Virus record (IMG/VR): IMGVR_UViG_3300047388_000185
Location: 738-64,737 of that record
DNA from: a virus
Lineage: Duplodnaviria; Heunggongvirae; Uroviricota; Caudoviricetes
DNA length: 64,000 nt
Reading direction: 5' to 3' (one strand)
In this document: positions 9,219 to 20,900 of the stretch, piece after piece
How the letters are laid out: each line of letters opens with the position of its first letter
Position numbering within the stretch: position 1 is the first letter of the stretch
Position numbers and translations under genes: made by a program
Notes under the pieces: generated by a model
Databases searched by the model: none
The model's input: the letters and a program-made list of their open reading frames with translations, nothing else
What the model was told of the DNA's origin: nothing

Positions 9219-11800
9219 GAACGGGTTCCTTGAATATAATTTGGCGTTTCCATATAATCCAGAAACATAGATGCTCCAGGCTCTAAAAAGAAGTTCGAAG
9301 CGAGAACAGGATTGAGATAGTTAGTAAAACTAGAATTGTAGAATTCAGGACTGATATCGATGAAGTTCATGGAGAACTTTGATTGAATACTTTCCTTACG
9401 CTCAATCTGTCGGGATATCAACCGCATATTACCTACTGAAGAATAATAGTCATTTGGTTCCCGTCCCGTCACTGATGGAGTATGCGCCAAATTTGGAGTT
9501 GCCATCTGGACATTACTCAGGGACGGCACTAAGATACCAGCTTGTTTGGTCAAAGGGTACGCCCGACCAGATTGGAAATAGATTAGATCATCTGGGGCAA
9601 CTGCTCCCACGCCTAGAACTTGCTGATAGAATTTATCTGCCATCTTCTTGGCCTCAGGATTTCCAATCAACGTTGAAACTGTATTCGTATATGGCTTAGT
9701 ATCTCCTGGACTGCCGGCTGCTACTGCAGCAGCATCGACAGTACCATTAACCATCTTTAATGCTGTTTGAATGAAGGGGTGGACGGGTGGAAGATAGTAA
9801 TTAGAAAGCTCCGCATAGGATACTGCCGCAGTAATTCCAATGGATGTACTGATTGATCGAGACGTAATAGTATGCGTAACAGACGTACACATTCCGTGGA
9901 AAGATGGATGATTTGGACTATCGTCTACGATATCCATGGGGTAGCCTGGGACAATGTACGGATTGAAAAGTGCATCTACCGTGCCCGAACGAGCTCCTGC
10001 AAATGCACGGGAGAACTCGTAATCGATCGAATGATAGAAAATCCGTTCGTACGCCAGAACGCCTCTAACAGTTGGGTTGAAAGGATTTAGTCCTTGCTTA
10101 GATGTGTTAGCCGACTTCGCCGCTACGAAAGTACCGTTATTCTCAGTAAGGTCGGTTCCATTACGTACATCCCATTCGGTAGCTAAGAGCATGAGATTAT
10201 CATATTCAGCCGAACCCTTGACTGGAGTTTCCTCGCTACCTTGTGATCCTTGAGATTCTTTTTCACTAGCCAAAATAGCTAGCCACCAAGGCATGGAGAT
10301 ACGTACAGGACGAATTCCTTGACCCTGTTCGTACTTCCCTGGGATCGAATATGAATAACCCTTTGTATCATCAAGACTCAAACTACTCGAGACATTGAAC
10401 GGAATAGGATTTCCAGCTGAATCAACATCAGCACCTCCGGTACCTCTCCCGACATTGGCAGACGACCGTTTTAGAAGAGCATTATAAGCAACAGCCTCCC
10501 GAATAGACGCCGGACCCCGAAAGCTAATACCAATTCTCTCCGCGCCAGAAGAGCCTGGGAGGGCGTCATGAAAGGCTGTCATACGTGTTGGCACAGACGA
10601 TTCATCTTGAGAGATATTGATCGACGAGTACATTCTGGGTAGTAGCACATTACAGCTTGGGCTGAAATAGAACGGCATCCGAGGTTTAATAATCGTCTCA
10701 ACCGTTGAGCATTCAATATTACCCTTAGTAATATCATCGGCCAAAATAGAAGGATCTGCTGCTACTTCCGCTGGGGAAGCAAGTGTGACCATATCGTACA
10801 TTGTCGTATCATAAAATCCTTCTAGCAATTGGTTGAAAGTAGTTAACTCCCCGCTGAAAGATGCGATATTCTGGATTCCCTTGGCGGTAATTTCTTGTTG
10901 TACGGCCGAAGACATGCCCGTTCTAAAACAGGGGGGAACCATAACTTGAGATTCCTTATTAGTACTACCGTGACAATATGGGACCTTCGTAGTTTGAATT
11001 TGATCTTCGAGTATAGGGTGGCCAGAAATCCTTTTGAAATAGCCGATACCTTCATCCAATAAGGGGGCCCACATATTCTGCATGGCTGCATTGGAGTATG
11101 TATCAATATAGCAACCTTTCTTAAGTTGATTCCAGAGATTAAGTACCATCCCAGGCATACCTGAGAATCTGCGGAAAACTTTGGAAAGAGTCGGATCTAC
11201 CTTATCAACTGGGGCATCTTTGATACTTGAGTTGCCGGGGACAATCTGTTCACTATCTGATGCGATAGAAGTAATTCCCTCCATAGCAGTAATAACCATC
11301 TGTAGGGAATTGAATGCGGAGGGAACTACTCCGCCCCCCTGACTTGTCAATGTCGGGTCAGTTGCTGCTTCTTGGGTGTTTGTATTCCATTTGGCAAAAT
11401 CTAAGACGAAGCTATCGATCAGCTTGTTCTTATGCGTACATTGGAAATTAATGAATGAGCCCCCACTTCGACTTTTAGAATATGAGCACGCAGTAATGTG
11501 ACCCCAGAAGAGAAGTCTATCCCCCCCAGTGATGTCGTCCGTATAGAAGATATGTACCTTCGGCTGATACCCGCGCGTAATATCCAAGAGCCCACCGGCT
11601 GGAGGAATTTGTATAGCAGCAATTGGAAGTTGTTTATAGGCTTGAGAAATAGATACCGATTCGAATGGAACTTGAACCCCTTCGATATAGACTTTGACGT
11701 TCGGGGCAATAATATCGGTATTGTTCTTATCTGTTGCGGCCGGCTGTTCAGTTGCCTCAGAATATACTAGATTGGAAGAAAATGCAGAAAACGTAGCCAT
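9215..11800 (-). CDS. Baseplate hub-like protein
   Basis: VKVYIEGVQVP at the N-terminus; FNPYIVPGYPM..GMCTSVTHTI hub-type C-terminal motif. Confidence 0.6.
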   Translation of the reverse strand: MATFSAFSSNLVYSEATEQPAATDKNNTDIIAPNVKVYIEGVQVPFESVSISQAYKQLPIAAIQIPPAGGLLDITRGYQPKVHIFYTDDITGGDRLLFWGHITACSYSKSRSGGSFINFQCTHKNKLIDSFVLDFAKWNTNTQEAATDPTLTSQGGGVVPSAFNSLQMVITAMEGITSIASDSEQIVPGNSSIKDAPVDKVDPTLSKVFRRFSGMPGMVLNLWNQLKKGCYIDTYSNAAMQNMWAPLLDEGIGYFKRISGHPILEDQIQTTKVPYCHGSTNKESQVMVPPCFRTGMSSAVQQEITAKGIQNIASFSGELTTFNQLLEGFYDTTMYDMVTLASPAEVAADPSILADDITKGNIECSTVETIIKPRMPFYFSPSCNVLLPRMYSSINISQDESSVPTRMTAFHDALPGSSGAERIGISFRGPASIREAVAYNALLKRSSANVGRGTGGADVDSAGNPIPFNVSSSLSLDDTKGYSYSIPGKYEQGQGIRPVRISMPWWLAILASEKESQGSQGSEETPVKGSAEYDNLMLLATEWDVRNGTDLTENNGTFVAAKSANTSKQGLNPFNPTVRGVLAYERIFYHSIDYEFSRAFAGARSGTVDALFNPYIVPGYPMDIVDDSPNHPSFHGMCTSVTHTITSRSISTSIGITAAVSYAELSNYYLPPVHPFIQTALKMVNGTVDAAAVAAGSPGDTKPYTNTVSTLIGNPEAKKMADKFYQQVLGVGAVAPDDLIYFQSGRAYPLTKQAGILVPSLSNVQMATPNLAHTPSVTGREPNDYYSSVGNMRLISRQIERKESIQSKFSMNFIDISPEFYNSSFTNYLNPVLASNFFLEPGASMFLDYMETPNYIQGTRS

Positions 11801-11803
11801 ACG

Positions 11804-12682
11804 TTATCCTACCATGTAAAGAGCATTTAGTAAAGAGATGAAGATGGCCTTCTCAAGGGTCCCTTCTACTTTTGACAGCCAGGTAGCAACCGAGGGTGGA
11901 GTTAGGGGTGAACCTAGTAGACGCGCTTCGAGAAGATCAACTTCTCCAGTCGGAAGTAAGGCTTCATGTAGATCTTGACGAATAGGAAGATATTGAACGG
12001 GGAGTTTAGACATTCCAAGCAATGAACCAGAATACGTGGCTGCCAACCAGTGCACAAAGGGCACGTATGTACGAACCCCATATCTCACAGTAATCGTCGA
12101 TACAGCCGATCCTGCTCCAGCTCCGGTATCTGCCGGTGGAGCAACAAGGAAAGTCACGGTAGAGCCTGATATCGTATAACTTGAGGGGGCCATAAGTCCC
12201 GCTGAAGAATAGATATAAATGATATCGTACTGAGTAGCATCATACGAGATTGGCCAAACCGTTTGCCCCGTCAAAGCTTCGAAGGTCTCGGTTTGAATAA
12301 TAAATTCTGGTGTAACTTTATTAATACTGCCAAGGCTGACTGTATCATATTGACGAGTCGCTTCCCAGCATTTCTTGCAAATTCCATTTGGGGAAATACA
12401 GCTACTCATTGAGCGAACAAAAAGGGAAGTTAGGCCTGAAGTTGATGCCGCGTTTAGCCGAGCTCGATTGATAATCAATCCCGTGGCCAATTCGACTCTA
12501 CCGATCAATCCAAGAGAGATGAGTTGCTTCTCTCCGAGTTTTGTTCCGCAGTCCGAGACATTCGGATCTATGGTCACGAGCGGCTGAAGTAGGCGGGTCA
12601 CGGAATTGTAGACGATCGTCTGCCCCGTCGGGATAAGATCCAACGCTTCTTCAAACAAGATGGTACTGGTTATACTTCTCAT
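11804..12682 (-). CDS. Protein with an RNA polymerase beta'-like Zn-binding module fused to a virion-type beta domain
   Basis: TRLL..SDCGT..LIGRV..VRSMSSCISPNGICKKCW parallels RpoC TRRL..DDCGT..VLGRV..VRSVVSC...GVCAHCY. Confidence 0.65.
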   Translation of the reverse strand: MRSITSTILFEEALDLIPTGQTIVYNSVTRLLQPLVTIDPNVSDCGTKLGEKQLISLGLIGRVELATGLIINRARLNAASTSGLTSLFVRSMSSCISPNGICKKCWEATRQYDTVSLGSINKVTPEFIIQTETFEALTGQTVWPISYDATQYDIIYIYSSAGLMAPSSYTISGSTVTFLVAPPADTGAGAGSAVSTITVRYGVRTYVPFVHWLAATYSGSLLGMSKLPVQYLPIRQDLHEALLPTGEVDLLEARLLGSPLTPPSVATWLSKVEGTLEKAIFISLLNALYMVG

Positions 12683-14214
12683 AGCTTAGGATTCGCAGAG
12701 CTATATGCAGGAATACCGCCTAGCAGGGCTACTTTAGAAGGGGAAGGAGGACTACCAATCGGTAGTGTGGGTCTAGTAAAACTGAGTTTCGAGAATGTAG
12801 CCAAAAATGGCGTATTGATAGTAAGAGCAGAATTCGTAAACATAGCCTGAATACTTTGGGAAACAGTAAGGGGAGCGGTGGCAATAGCTCCAGATGCTTT
12901 TCCCAGAGTTGAAATAGCAGTTTGAAAGTCCGTACTCAATCCGGACAGTGTCCCACTTACATATCTTCCCAGCCCAGAAATCGAGGTATTAACTAGATTG
13001 ACCAGAGAGATAGCTTGCTTGCTAATATTCGTGATATCACGAAGAATATTGCGAACCGGATTAATCACTGATGCAACTAGACCTGTAGCTGTCCCAAATG
13101 TATTCTTAACCAATTTAGTCAATGACGACATAACACCGTATACAGGACTTGTCAAGTCCAGACGAACGCCAGCCAGTGAACTCTCAACTGTCTGGAACAG
13201 CGAAGAGGTAGTGACCGCAGCCGTGAAGTTTTGCTGTGCAGTTGTCCAGCTATCGATCGTAGCTGTCGTACCAGTTAGAGCAGAATTCGAATTTTGTAGG
13301 AAAGTGCCATAAGCCCCTCCAGTCGTTGTTCCGAGACTAGCCAAGGCAGTGGCCTTGTCAGATAAAGAAGATAGAGGATTTGCCAGGACTTGTTCCAGTG
13401 TTGAAACTTGACCCTTCAGGGAATTAATCTGAGATTGTCCAGTGAAAGCTGCGACATGACTGAAATCTACTCCGTTGAGAAGATTGGTCGTCGGCATCTT
13501 GAGGCCAGTAGCTGTAGTAGGCTCGATTACCTTGGCTATGAACTGGAACGAGAACGGCATATCCACGTCCCGATTTGAATCTTGACTGTAATTAAAACCC
13601 GAGATAGTTCCAGTGATTGCCATGTTTGGCAATACAATCTTCAGAAGTTCGTAGTTCTTGGCGAGCTGAGTTCCACGTAAAAACTCAGAATACATCTTGA
13701 GCCATTGTGCGAACCAGTCGTTATCGGGACTATCAATCAAGACACCGGAGATATTGAAGATAACCGGATCACGGCCGAAGTAGTAGACAACTTCGTTGTC
13801 ACCGAAGACTTGAGTGACTTGAGTCTTCTCAGTCATCGAGCAACTAACAGCAGTGATCAGAAACTTATCATAGCCAAACGTATTCGTTCCCAAAGGATCG
13901 GACATATCGGTTACGTCTCCTGATTGACCGACCAAGTCTTTATATGCATTGGTTCTAGTCGTAGTTCCATCAGCATAGGACTTATATTGCGTTTGACTTG
14001 TAATCAACTTGATATACGCCCAAGATCCTCGATTTCCACCAAGTTGACCGAGGCCGGGACGAGTAGGGTCAGTCTCTTTAGCCGCGTACCGAGCCCGATT
14101 AGTCAACAGCCTTTCACTCTGCGTTATAGAACCGTCCGAGTTCAGAAGGTTATTTGACGAAGTGGAAGTGGGAATGTTTGGGAAATAACCCAGAACGGTA
14201 TCTTGTGCGGACAT
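12679..14214 (-). CDS. Tail/baseplate structural protein (tube-initiator-like)
   Basis: EKTQVTQVFGDNEVVYYFGRDPVIFNISGVLID motif; located between tape measure and hub. Confidence 0.5.
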   Translation of the reverse strand: MSAQDTVLGYFPNIPTSTSSNNLLNSDGSITQSERLLTNRARYAAKETDPTRPGLGQLGGNRGSWAYIKLITSQTQYKSYADGTTTRTNAYKDLVGQSGDVTDMSDPLGTNTFGYDKFLITAVSCSMTEKTQVTQVFGDNEVVYYFGRDPVIFNISGVLIDSPDNDWFAQWLKMYSEFLRGTQLAKNYELLKIVLPNMAITGTISGFNYSQDSNRDVDMPFSFQFIAKVIEPTTATGLKMPTTNLLNGVDFSHVAAFTGQSQINSLKGQVSTLEQVLANPLSSLSDKATALASLGTTTGGAYGTFLQNSNSALTGTTATIDSWTTAQQNFTAAVTTSSLFQTVESSLAGVRLDLTSPVYGVMSSLTKLVKNTFGTATGLVASVINPVRNILRDITNISKQAISLVNLVNTSISGLGRYVSGTLSGLSTDFQTAISTLGKASGAIATAPLTVSQSIQAMFTNSALTINTPFLATFSKLSFTRPTLPIGSPPSPSKVALLGGIPAYSSANPKL

Positions 14215-14223
14215 GGGCCTAGT

Positions 14224-14457
14224 TTAGGAGTTTCCAGGAAGTTGGAAGTCAACGATTTCAATAGTAGCATTTGCGACCAATGCTTCCTGCTGTCCTGCCA
14301 ACCCGCCTACTTGGAATGGGATAAAATCGTATCCAGAAGTTCGGGCCCGAAGATTGTTTGTAATTGCCCCCATACGTTCACAGTAGAGATTGAGGGTGGT
14401 CAAAGGAATTATTCGAGCATTAACGTACTGAGATTGTGCAGATGATATTACGGCCAT
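14224..14457 (-). CDS. Small hypothetical structural protein
   Basis: Abuts the tape-measure stop codon. Confidence 0.55.
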   Translation of the reverse strand: MAVISSAQSQYVNARIIPLTTLNLYCERMGAITNNLRARTSGYDFIPFQVGGLAGQQEALVANATIEIVDFQLPGNS

Positions 14458-17103
14458 TTAGCCTCCTGGAGTTTGCATTTTAGCCCTACCTCTGGACATG
14501 AGCCAATCAGTTAGGGATGAGGATTTACCGTCATCTCCAGCAACTGATTTAACCCCGGGCATTGCAGCAACCGCCGTAGCAAACTTATCTACGGAGTCGT
14601 CAAATTTCTTCATGGATCCGATCACGGAAGTCCAATTAGTATCAGACTTCGACGCATCCAGGGTTGATTGATGAGCCTCATCCGTAGCCCGAGTTGTCGA
14701 AATCATTTTAGCGATATCTGAGACCGGACTGTTAAAGTCAAAGTTAACGCGTTGACCGTCTAATTTCTTGGTACGATCATTATAGCCGTAACGTGAGGAA
14801 TATGCTGCATCATATTTAACTGCTGCTGCACGCTGACTTGGAGAATACTTGGCCAGTTGTGCTGAAAGTTCAGGGCGATTCTTTAACAACGAATCCATAT
14901 CCGTCCCCAGACTCAGACCATTCTTATCCGCTTCCATGACTACGTCACGGGCCTGGCCAGCAATGCGTAAGCTTCCATCCATATCAACAGAATACGGTAG
15001 GGAGAATGGAACATCCTTGTTAGTAGTAGCCTTACCATCAGCGTACGTAACTTTGCTATCATTCAGATCAGATGAGAACTCGCCATATAAACCTGGACCG
15101 TTCTCCATCGACGAAACAACACTGTCTAATCCTGCGTCTCGGGCAAACTGAGCCACAGACTTACTGTCGGCTTGTCCTCCGAGAATCTTGCGGGCCTGAT
15201 CTCCGAGAGCTCCAGGCCGACCGGCTTCCAGATTAAGGGAATCGTATAGACTATCCCGATCCGAGTTTCCACTGACCATCCGGCCTAGCAGCCCCGCTAA
15301 ACCACCTGCAACTGAACCCCCACCCTTGTGAATGCGTTTGCCGCCACTAAAGTCATTGGATTTACCCGGTGCAGTCGATCCATACATCGCTTCTTGATAT
15401 GCACCTGCGGCCCAATCCGAGACTCGAGCAGCAGCGTTGGCAACGGGGTATGCCAGATTATTAGCGATACTGCTTTGGACAGCATGGACTCCATGACGAG
15501 CTGACGTTACAGCTCGGCCAAATGTTCCGTCATACATACCATTCTGAGTGATAGTTTGCATTAGCTGCTCTCGCCCTTGAGCATCGATGCCAGATAGACG
15601 TTGTTTTAGGGTCTCTGGATCTGTGTCAGTCGCACGTTGCGAAGCGTAGGCCCGTACTTGGTCATCCGACATTCCCATCGATTGGAATGCCATGGCTTTT
15701 TGTTCTGGAGTAAATAGTCCTCCGGGACCAGCCGGACGAACCCCGTGCGAGTGAAGAAGAACCGAAGCTTGATCGTCAGCGGCACGGCCACCAATTTCTC
15801 GACTTTGTTTGCTTAGCATAGCTGGTCCATACAGGAGCATGCCGCCAGCGGCTTGAAGGGGATTGCGGGAACCCAACGCACCGAAACCTTGAGCTACTCC
15901 GGTCATTGACCCGTTAGGTCCCGCTCCTCCGAAATTCTGATTGTACAAACTCGCCATGTTGTACGAACTATGGCCGGCAGCAAGCTGACCCCCTAACGCC
16001 GAGTTTGTAGCCCCCTGCAGGCCCCCCATTCGAGCCAGGACCTCGGGGGATAGCGACCCGGCTCTGAAAGCCGCGCTAAAGCCCGCATATGCGTTCCCAG
16101 CGGCCATCTGTCCCAGGTATGGAGTCATCCCGTTGGCCTGGTACATGTACTGGCCTTGCTGAGAAGCGGCCATCAGTTGTTGAACCGAGACTCCAGCCGC
16201 ACTGGCTTGCATACCCATTTGTTGGAATGCTCGGGCCGCTGTAGAATGAATTCCTCCAGAGATAGAGGCGCCGCCCGCACGAAGCTGAGAGAGTTGCTCA
16301 ATTGCAGATTGGATATTCGGATCCTTAGAGATAGATACCAATAACTTGACTTGAGCTGCAATGTCTTTGAACCTAGTTTGAATCTGCCCAGCACCGACAT
16401 CATCAAATAATCCGGCCCGCATCCCCATACCGGCGATGCTATGCATCTGACTGGTACCAAATGTCATATCTCGAATACCAGCTCGGTCGATACCTTGAGC
16501 CATACCGGAGGCAGAATAGTTGCTCAAGCCTCGACCGGAAATAGGATTCCCAGCAGTTCCCCCGAACGCAATGCCGGAGAAGTTACGAGCGATATCCTCT
16601 GTTTGTTGACGGGTCCGAATGTAGGGTTGAAAGATAGCAGCATCAACAGCATGAGCGGCAGCCGTACCAATAGCGAACGGAAGGCCGAATGAGCCAATCG
16701 TCCCAAGGACTCCCCCTGCACCTCGAGCAATTAATCCTGAACCAAACATGCCCTGCGCAAGACCTTGACCCATACTACGGCCAGCACCGGCAAACATAGC
16801 GGATGATGCACCGAACACGGCTGCTGGCATGGCAATTCTCTGACCAACCCAGGCAGCTGCATCAAATGGTTTGGTGCCCAAAGACTGGAATGCCGTAGAA
16901 TTATTATCGACTGGATTTCCCCAATAGGGATCCTTGGAAAATGGACTGATTAACTGATGCGCTGCACCCATCCATGTGGGTTTACCTTGAGGTCCATACG
17001 GACTTGATCCCTGGTATCCTGATTGAACAGATCCCCAGCCGGGAAACATAGAGGCATCAGAGCCTTGATTGGGACCGCCACCTTGGACGCCATAGGGATT
17101 CAT
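14458..17103 (-). CDS. Putative tape measure protein
   Basis: 881 aa, Gly/Ala/Gln/Met-rich, with a hydrophobic stretch; upstream of the baseplate genes. Confidence 0.55.
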   Translation of the reverse strand: MNPYGVQGGGPNQGSDASMFPGWGSVQSGYQGSSPYGPQGKPTWMGAAHQLISPFSKDPYWGNPVDNNSTAFQSLGTKPFDAAAWVGQRIAMPAAVFGASSAMFAGAGRSMGQGLAQGMFGSGLIARGAGGVLGTIGSFGLPFAIGTAAAHAVDAAIFQPYIRTRQQTEDIARNFSGIAFGGTAGNPISGRGLSNYSASGMAQGIDRAGIRDMTFGTSQMHSIAGMGMRAGLFDDVGAGQIQTRFKDIAAQVKLLVSISKDPNIQSAIEQLSQLRAGGASISGGIHSTAARAFQQMGMQASAAGVSVQQLMAASQQGQYMYQANGMTPYLGQMAAGNAYAGFSAAFRAGSLSPEVLARMGGLQGATNSALGGQLAAGHSSYNMASLYNQNFGGAGPNGSMTGVAQGFGALGSRNPLQAAGGMLLYGPAMLSKQSREIGGRAADDQASVLLHSHGVRPAGPGGLFTPEQKAMAFQSMGMSDDQVRAYASQRATDTDPETLKQRLSGIDAQGREQLMQTITQNGMYDGTFGRAVTSARHGVHAVQSSIANNLAYPVANAAARVSDWAAGAYQEAMYGSTAPGKSNDFSGGKRIHKGGGSVAGGLAGLLGRMVSGNSDRDSLYDSLNLEAGRPGALGDQARKILGGQADSKSVAQFARDAGLDSVVSSMENGPGLYGEFSSDLNDSKVTYADGKATTNKDVPFSLPYSVDMDGSLRIAGQARDVVMEADKNGLSLGTDMDSLLKNRPELSAQLAKYSPSQRAAAVKYDAAYSSRYGYNDRTKKLDGQRVNFDFNSPVSDIAKMISTTRATDEAHQSTLDASKSDTNWTSVIGSMKKFDDSVDKFATAVAAMPGVKSVAGDDGKSSSLTDWLMSRGRAKMQTPGG

Positions 17104-17112
17104 GGCCGTAGT

Positions 17113-17334
17113 TTAGGGCTTTAGATTACGGTTGCGGTCGAAGTTATATGCGTTCTTACAATGATCTTCGTTGGCGAAGAGCCAGTTGATAAAGCCCTGA
17201 GTCCATTTATAACCTGTCCCGTCTCTGTTCTTGCGGTACGCAACAGAGGATAGTGTTTCATCAGGATCTCCATTGATAATTGCGTTTATCATTCGGTCAA
17301 AAGCAATGAGAATATTTAAGAGATAGCGGCCCAT
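17113..17334 (-). CDS. Small conserved phage protein
   Basis: LIAFDRMINAIINGDPDETLSS..HC motif common next to phage tail-fibre genes. Confidence 0.7.
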   Translation of the reverse strand: MGRYLLNILIAFDRMINAIINGDPDETLSSVAYRKNRDGTGYKWTQGFINWLFANEDHCKNAYNFDRNRNLKP

Positions 17335-17921
17335 GTGATTCCTTGTAGAGTTGAGAGAGAAGTAGCAGCATCGATCTGATTACGAAGAGCCACGCCGGCC
17401 GTAAAAACATTTTGAACAAACGTTCCTAAAGCGATACCGACAGCGATCATTTCGCTACCAGACATTGTACGGGTCGTGTTGTCGAATAGAGTCCAGGTGA
17501 TGCTAAAGGGTTGACCAACAGCCGCAGCTAGGGAAGCTAGCTGAACTGCCCCTTGGATCCGTTGTTGGGACACATCATCTGAGTCGAACTTTGATCCATT
17601 CCAGGTAAATCCAGCTGCCAAATTAGCGTCCCTAGCAACTTTCATGGCTGACCAAGTTTGATCCTTGGCGTCGGACAGCGATCTTGTATCCACCCAAGTA
17701 AAGGATGAATTGCTCCATGTTGCTGCATATGCAGGGATCGCAGCCTTGATAGCCGCTTGTGATGTCGTATACGCAACTATTTGTCCATTAGATATGAAGT
17801 GCGTAGCATACGTGCCGACTCCAGTTAGAACAAGATCACTAGGATCAATAGGAATAGGGAATTCAGATTCCCCCCAGGTTTTGATTTCCCCAGTACTTGG
17901 GGTATAAGTAACGTAGTTCAT
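17316..17921 (-). CDS. DUF4376-like tail fibre assembly protein
   Basis: GFTWNGSKFDSDDVSQQRIQGA..WTLFDNT..LRNQIDAA..ITW; follows the long fibre gene. Confidence 0.75.
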   Translation of the reverse strand: MNYVTYTPSTGEIKTWGESEFPIPIDPSDLVLTGVGTYATHFISNGQIVAYTTSQAAIKAAIPAYAATWSNSSFTWVDTRSLSDAKDQTWSAMKVARDANLAAGFTWNGSKFDSDDVSQQRIQGAVQLASLAAAVGQPFSITWTLFDNTTRTMSGSEMIAVGIALGTFVQNVFTAGVALRNQIDAATSLSTLQGITWAAIS

Positions 17922-20900
17922 GCTTTGAATTCTCTCACGGTAGCAATGCCTTCGGCGTAGATAGATGATCCGGTAACAACGTTCCCTCCACCAGATCCAT
18001 TTCTGAATGTTGCAGCGACATAGAATCCAATGAGTTTTGATCCACTACCTATCGTAGCACCCGGAACAACGAAAGATGGGCAGAAGTTAAGGGTTACACC
18101 CCAGTTATAGGCAGTTGCGCCAGTGCCTGCCGCAAGAGCCATTGGAGTGCTTTGTGTCAACGCGCCTTCCCATTCTGGAAGGTGACCAGAGGGAGAGTAA
18201 ACGGCACCTGCAATCATTGGATTGAACTGGACTTGAAGTGGAGTATTGGTATTAGTCATAATTACTACGTTGACATTGTACATTACCAAAACGTCATTGC
18301 CAGATGCGACATAAGTAAGGACAGTTAGTCCACCGGTATTGATGCCAGACGATCCACCTCCATTAGTCGCTGTTGAAGAAATCGAGCCAGATGACGCGCC
18401 TTGGGAAGCAGTACCCGTGGCCAAGAGACCGGCGAAGTATGCATTACCAGTAGATGCATCAATACTGAATGTCGTTGTTCCACTGGAGTTAGTACCCAGC
18501 AATCCACCTGGAGTCAATGCAACGCCTGAACCACCTGTACGTGCTCCAGAGCCATTCCAAGTCAAGTTACCGGCAACGAAGCCAGCTCCGCTGACCGCGT
18601 TGATGCTAATGGTAGAGGAGAGAATACTTGGCGAAGCCTTTAGCAGGGTATACGAATTCGAGACCTGGGTTCCAGCACCAGAGCCGATACCTTGAAGATT
18701 TCCTGAACCGTCTATGGTGATGCTGGTGTTGATGAGACCAGACGCTGCTTGAGCTGTGCTTACTGGCAAATCAACGTTGAATGTGAATGGACCGAAGACC
18801 ATTGACATTCCCGCCGTAGTCATACCACCTGGGAATCCAGTCCAACCAGCCATCTGATAGATGGTTATATTGTAAATAGGAGCGCCGCCAGCGGTCGCCG
18901 TCCAAGGAACCTTCTGCCATCCTCCAGTCCCCGGGTGAGGGCATGGCACTAGATTATCCACATAAGTGGTCAAAGCAGAATTAGTAAATAGTCTAATGAG
19001 ATATCCAGGGGTAGCCGTACCACCATTCAACATCTGTATAGAATATGAACCCGTTAGAGTTGTCCCCGCCGACAACGGAGCGCCTGTATTGCTCCAACTA
19101 TTGACCATCCCAACACTACCGTAGGTGACATCTGCGGAGCTAATTGTGTACAAAGCCCCGTACTGCATACCTGGCGTATTATACGCAACAGTCTTGATCG
19201 GGGGGCTATTGCCCCACTGACTCCAATTATCCGGTAAGGCTCCAGCCCAAGCTGAGAAGCTGGGGTTAAAGCCGAGACTAGTCGCCACGTCTGCCTGGAT
19301 CAATCCAGCTGTCGGAGCGATGTTGGTCATAGGACCAAAACGGACATTAGTCAGGCAGAGACCTACATCATACAAAGATGAATCAAAGTATAATTTCAGT
19401 CCCGATCCTACCAAAACAGGCCCATATCTAAGCACCCCATTCTGATAATAGTTAACATTTAGCCCATCATAGGTAATTGTAAAGACGTCTCCGGCAACGT
19501 AGGTGAGTCCCGAAAGTACGGCAGCACCGGATTGATAAACGACCAACCCGCCACCCGGTTGGACATACCATGCATAATCCAAGCTTGTAAAGCTACTGTC
19601 CGTTAATGGATCAGTGTTCAGCCCGAACATAGTGTGAGTCGAGGTATTCGGTGCAACGGCAGATGCGAATGCCCCACCCGTGAAAGATTCTTTACTATAT
19701 ACGTCCGAGTCCCAAGATCCGCCACTCGCAGTCTTACTGATACTATTTCCAGCAACAGCCGCGTAAACTCGGGGAACAAGACTGATATCAGCAGAGGCAT
19801 TCAGAGCCCCAGTATATCCCAGACCCCCAATGGTCACCGCACCACCCCCAGCACCAGACAATGTCCCGCTAGAGCTGATACTGATATTGGAATTATTGAC
19901 TGCTACACCTCCAGCCCCGGACGGATTACCTCGTAAAGTACCCGTAGAGTCTACATACTGTAAAGGAGCCCAGCCAGAGGGTACCAGGCCAGTTTCAATT
20001 TGAATACATGAGAAATCAAGTTGAACCCCGCTATTTGGATTTAGGGCTGTATACATAAACCCATTTGCATCTAACGTATTATTACCAAAATTTACCTGGC
20101 ATACATAACGTTGCCAGCTAGTAGTCAAAGATGGATTTTGGAGCCACGTAAAATTGGCAGGAAAGTGATTCCAAGCCGGGGCCATCCCTGCACCAGTGAC
20201 ATTACCGCCAATTGGAGCCCGTGCATAAAAACTCCATACGTAATCCACATTTTGTTGCCAACCAGCCCATCCTCCGCTCAGGAAATATCCAACATTGCTA
20301 GTCGCATTGGCATTCATAACCATATGCCAGTATCCGGCTGTACCAACAGCTCCGCCGGAAGAAACGACCGTATTGGTTATCGAGATTGGGGTACTGTTAT
20401 AAACAGTAAAGCCAGTTGGAATTCCCGAGGAGAAGAGTGAGAAATCAGTGTTCTGATATAGGTTTCCACTACCAGCCACAACGTTAGTATTAATCCATCC
20501 CGCAGAAGGCGTGATATTTGAACTAGTCAAAGGAACGCCCGCACTCAGGATGACATTGCCGGAGCCATCTTTAATGGACAATCCACGAGCATCTATTTGA
20601 CCAGCTGTGATTCCTGCAGTCGCACTGATCTGAGCAGCAGTAATAGTATTTGCTGTAATCTTATTGGCAGAAATAGCCCCATCAACAATAAGGTTGCCAC
20701 CATTCATCCGACGAACTTGGACATTGGTAGCGTAATGTCCAGCACCATTAGCAGTGAAGGGTTGGCTACCCCCAGGCCCAGCAATCTGAACCCAAACGGT
20801 GGCGTATGCTGCACCGGCTACTGCAGTAAGAGATCCAGCGATAGATACAAATCCACTGGTAACAGTATTTCTAGTTGCACCAGCAACGTAACTTACGACA

